From Armatimonadota bacterium (GTDB taxonomy: Bacteria > Armatimonadota > SYMT01): a stretch of DNA of 64,000 bases. A program made the position numbers and the translations under genes. Below are positions 61,462 to 64,000 of the stretch, piece after piece (the first letter of the stretch is position 1; each line of letters starts with the position of its first letter). The stretch lies in assembly GCA_041690135.1 (NCBI GenBank), contig JAWLHY010000002.1, positions 1,136,342-1,200,341 on the forward strand, written 5' to 3'. The notes beneath the pieces are model-generated. The model searched no databases and had not been told where the DNA came from. It saw only the letters and a program-made list of their open reading frames with translations.

Positions 61462-62070
61462 ATGGAGCGATTTTGGATCGTGACGCATGTTCTGGGCTGG
61501 GGCCTGGGCCTGCTCCAACTGGCGGTGCTGATCGCCCTACTCTGGGCCGTCGGGCGCATTCATCTGAAAGACACGCGGGCCTTTCACGCGTTGATCACCG
61601 ATGAGGGCCCCGACATTCACGAGCCGCTTCCGCCGTTTGCGGGACGCGACGCCACCGGGCGTTCCGTGCGAAGCCTCGACTATGCGGGGAGATCGTTCGT
61701 GCTGCTCCTGGTCAGCCCGGAGTGCGCGCCCTGCGAGCAGTTGCTGGCCGCGGTAAACCCGGCCGTACAGGCCATCCCCGGCTTTCCCGAGCCGGTGGTG
61801 GTGATGGAAGGAGACAGCAGCAATGCCGAGCTCGTTGCGCGCCGCGACCGGTTGAACTGTCCGGTCATCGTCGATCCGGATGGGGCGATCCGCGAAGGGC
61901 TGGGAGTCCAGCGCACCCCGTACGCCTTCCTGGTGGACGAGGCCGGGGTCGTGCGGATGAAGGGCATCGTCAACAGTGGCGGGCAGTTGGAAGGACTGGT
62001 GCGTCGCCGCGGCCGCCACATCGGAAATCTGGAATGGCAGACTGTCGATACGGGTCTATCGACCGCTTGA
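61462..62070 (+). CDS. MauD-like membrane-anchored thioredoxin, copy 2
   Basis: N-terminal TM, EGPDI, VSPECAPC, TPYAFLVDEAGVVRMKGIVNS. Confidence 0.82.
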   Translation: MERFWIVTHVLGWGLGLLQLAVLIALLWAVGRIHLKDTRAFHALITDEGPDIHEPLPPFAGRDATGRSVRSLDYAGRSFVLLLVSPECAPCEQLLAAVNPAVQAIPGFPEPVVVMEGDSSNAELVARRDRLNCPVIVDPDGAIREGLGVQRTPYAFLVDEAGVVRMKGIVNSGGQLEGLVRRRGRHIGNLEWQTVDTGLSTA

Positions 62071-62193
62071 GCCGGGCCGGCTCGGGCGCTTCACCGCCGA
62101 GACGCTCCGGTGGGACGGATCGCTGGGGTCCGTCGACCGAGGCTCTCATGACCGGGGCCGCCCCGGGTGGGCGACCCAGTAGGAGTTCCCTCC

Positions 62194-62625
62194 ATGGATG
62201 AATTGATCCGCAAATTCTCACTCTCCCTGGCCCGAAGTACGGGCCGGCGCGGCTTCCTGGCGGGTGTTGCCCGCGGCACCGTGGGCCTGGGCCTGCTCCT
62301 GGGCGGGGTGTTCGGTGCGCCGCCCCAGGCCTTTGCCGACTCGAACTGCAAGAACTACGACAAGACGGGTTACCCGGACAGCTGCGGCAACTCCTCCGCT
62401 AATTACTGCAACAGTGGGGATGCCAGCGGGTGCTACGACGGCGACAACAACGTGACCTACTGTTCGAACTGCCCCTCCAACGATGCGAGCGGCTGCCCGA
62501 GCGGGCACACCAAGGGAGGCCAGTGGTCCTGTTGCTGCAGCAATAAGATCAGTACCTGCCAGGACTGCTACGACAGCAGCAGCAATCTCTGTATCTGCAA
62601 GACGACCGACCGCGGCAAGTGCTAA
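62194..62625 (+). CDS. Tat-exported Cys-rich small protein, MauA (amine dehydrogenase light chain)-like
   Basis: AGGAG RBS; leader MDELIRKFSLSLARSTGRRGFL...AFA; 95-aa mature part with 15 Cys and 1 Trp; CPSG...W...C...DC. Confidence 0.8.
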   Translation: MDELIRKFSLSLARSTGRRGFLAGVARGTVGLGLLLGGVFGAPPQAFADSNCKNYDKTGYPDSCGNSSANYCNSGDASGCYDGDNNVTYCSNCPSNDASGCPSGHTKGGQWSCCCSNKISTCQDCYDSSSNLCICKTTDRGKC

Positions 62626-62875
62626 AGTCGGCGCCTGAGTGAGAACCGTCCTTTCGTTCGCCGGCACGGAGCGGCGCGATCGGACAAGACCCGGGAATCC
62701 CACCGCGAGCCGGCCGGCTGCTCCGGAGCGACCTACCCGAATGGGGAGCGTTCCGGGGCGCCGGTGGGCGCGGAGGGGATCCGAGAACACCCAGTTGCCG
62801 GTGATGGGCTCAGCCTGGGAACGGTCAGTCCGGCAATCGGTTAAGAAGGTTTCTCAACGGATGTGAGGGGAAGGT

Positions 62876-63679
62876 ATGACGGGGGAACGGCTCCAGAAGG
62901 CACCACAGCAACTGGCGCTTGGCGTGGGCGGAATTCTGGTGGGCGCCGCGCTGGCGATGGCGGGAGACGCGGGCCGGATGCTTTCACCGACGGCCGTCCT
63001 GTTGCTCCTGGCGGTGATGACCGGCGTGGCGAAGAGCGGCTCGACGTGAGGGCTCTCCATGCTGGGCCAGTTCGGCCCCATTGCCCAGCGCTCGGCCGGC
63101 ACCGGGTTGCGCGCGGCGGTGATGTATACCGTCGGGATGGCCCTCGGTGGCGGGACCGTCGGGCTCTTACTCGGTACTTTGGGATTGGGTTTGCGGTGGC
63201 TCTTCGACCTGGGGTACCAGGCCGAGGCCCGGTGGGTGCTCCTGGCGGTATCCGTGCTGGGGTTTGTAGGCGGGCTGCGAGATCTGGAGTTCATCCGCTT
63301 CGCTCTCCCGCAGCCGGCCCGGCAGGTGCCCCGTCACTACCTGGCCGTGTTCGGACCGGTGTGGACGGCTCTCTTCTGGGGCCTCGGCATCGGCCTGGCC
63401 TACAGCACGATGATCCAGTTTTCCCTGTACTGGGTGCTGGCGGTTTGGGTCACCCTGGCGGGTAGCCCGGTACTGGGCCTCGTGGCCCTGGGGCTGTATG
63501 GCCTGGTCAACGGGCTGCTGCTGATCGTCGATATCGCGGCGGTGGCGCGGGGCCGCTGGGAAAGCGGCGGGGTGCTCGGCTGGGGCCGTACCGCTCTATT
63601 CTTCAACGTGGGAGGAGTCGTGCTGCTGGCGTGCGGAGTTTTCCTGGCACTGCGGGCAGCACTACCGGTAGTTTTGTGA
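62876..63679 (+). CDS. MauF-like (CcdA/DsbD-like) membrane protein, candidate selenoprotein with in-frame UGA at 63047-63049
   Basis: Purine-rich RBS and ATG 62876 in frame with ORF 63059-63679 across a single TGA: SGST-U-GLSML; LPQPARQVP motif. Confidence 0.7.
63050..63089 (+). promoter_or_regulatory. Candidate bacterial SECIS element
   Basis: gggc..atg(ct)gggcc-AGTTC-ggccc-cat-t-gccc hairpin; apical loop begins 19 nt after the UGA and has GU at positions 2-3. Confidence 0.55.
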
Positions 63680-63728
63680 TCGCCATGCAAGTCGGCCAGA
63701 GTGCGCGGCTGGGGGAAAGGACCGCCCG

Positions 63729-64000
63729 ATGAGATGGCAAACAGCGTTCCGTCATTGGCTCTTGGGGATGGGGATAAGCCTTGCGACGGTCGGAGGGGTG
63801 GCTGCTCAAGAGTTCCCGGCTCCTCCGGGTGACCAGAACCCGCGCGCGCTCCCGGTATCCCTTCGTGCCCACGGCATCCCGGCCGGCGAGGTGGTGCAAG
63901 AGTTGCAGGAGCAGATGCGGGTGCCGTTGAAGGCCGAGGCCGGGCTGGCCGCGGACCGGCTGGTGGTCTTTTGCCGGAACCGGCCCGCGGGACAGGTGAT
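63729..64000 (+). CDS. Secreted secretin-N/STN-like domain protein (partial, runs off window end)
   Basis: MRWQTAFRHWLLGMGISLATVGGVAA signal then PVSLRAHGIPAGEVVQELQEQMRVPLKAEAGLAADRLVVFCRNRPAGQV, similar to the segment in 163-2829. Confidence 0.65.
   Translation, partial: MRWQTAFRHWLLGMGISLATVGGVAAQEFPAPPGDQNPRALPVSLRAHGIPAGEVVQELQEQMRVPLKAEAGLAADRLVVFCRNRPAGQV

Noticed and set aside
62863-63465. 200-aa ORF overlapping the MauF-like gene
   Set aside because: Off-frame Arg/Gly-rich reading; the ATG 62876 frame with UGA readthrough explains the region better
60094-63679. Calling this a canonical methylamine dehydrogenase (mau) operon
   Set aside because: No mauB or mauG visible and the small subunit lacks a second Trp for TTQ

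Overview
GC-rich bacterial chromosomal segment. The gene families (DUF1559 prepilin-like protein, DUF1501/DUF1549-DUF1553 and DUF1592/DUF1552 pairs, zf-HC2 anti-sigma fused to a secretin-N-like domain) point to an Armatimonadota/Planctomycetota-like organism; this is inference. Most of the window is ordinary accessory content: a multi-PAS hybrid kinase, ilvD, a BlaI/M56-led heavy-metal RND efflux operon, peroxiredoxin, MocR regulator, nitrilase, MFS/DMT transporters, Uma2 and a BchE-like B12 radical SAM enzyme. The strongest signal is at 59.3-64 kb: ECF sigma, MauE, two MauD-like thioredoxins, a Tat-exported 15-Cys/1-Trp MauA-like small protein, and a MauF-like membrane protein. The MauF-like frame contains an in-frame UGA at the expected catalytic Cys position, followed by a SECIS-like hairpin, so it is a candidate selenoprotein missed by the ORF track. 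No MauB or MauG is visible, so this looks like a non-canonical Mau-type maturation system, not methylamine dehydrogenase. Other signals: a 146-bp diverged duplication of a gene 3' end flanking a 4.2-kb block, a truncated GNAT toxin/DUF1778 antitoxin relic, a broken NhaP antiporter, a probable leaderless promoter/operator for the BlaI regulator, and several short tandem and REP-like repeats. No rRNA, tRNA, CRISPR array or intact transposase was seen. All family calls come from motif recognition by eye, not database searches.
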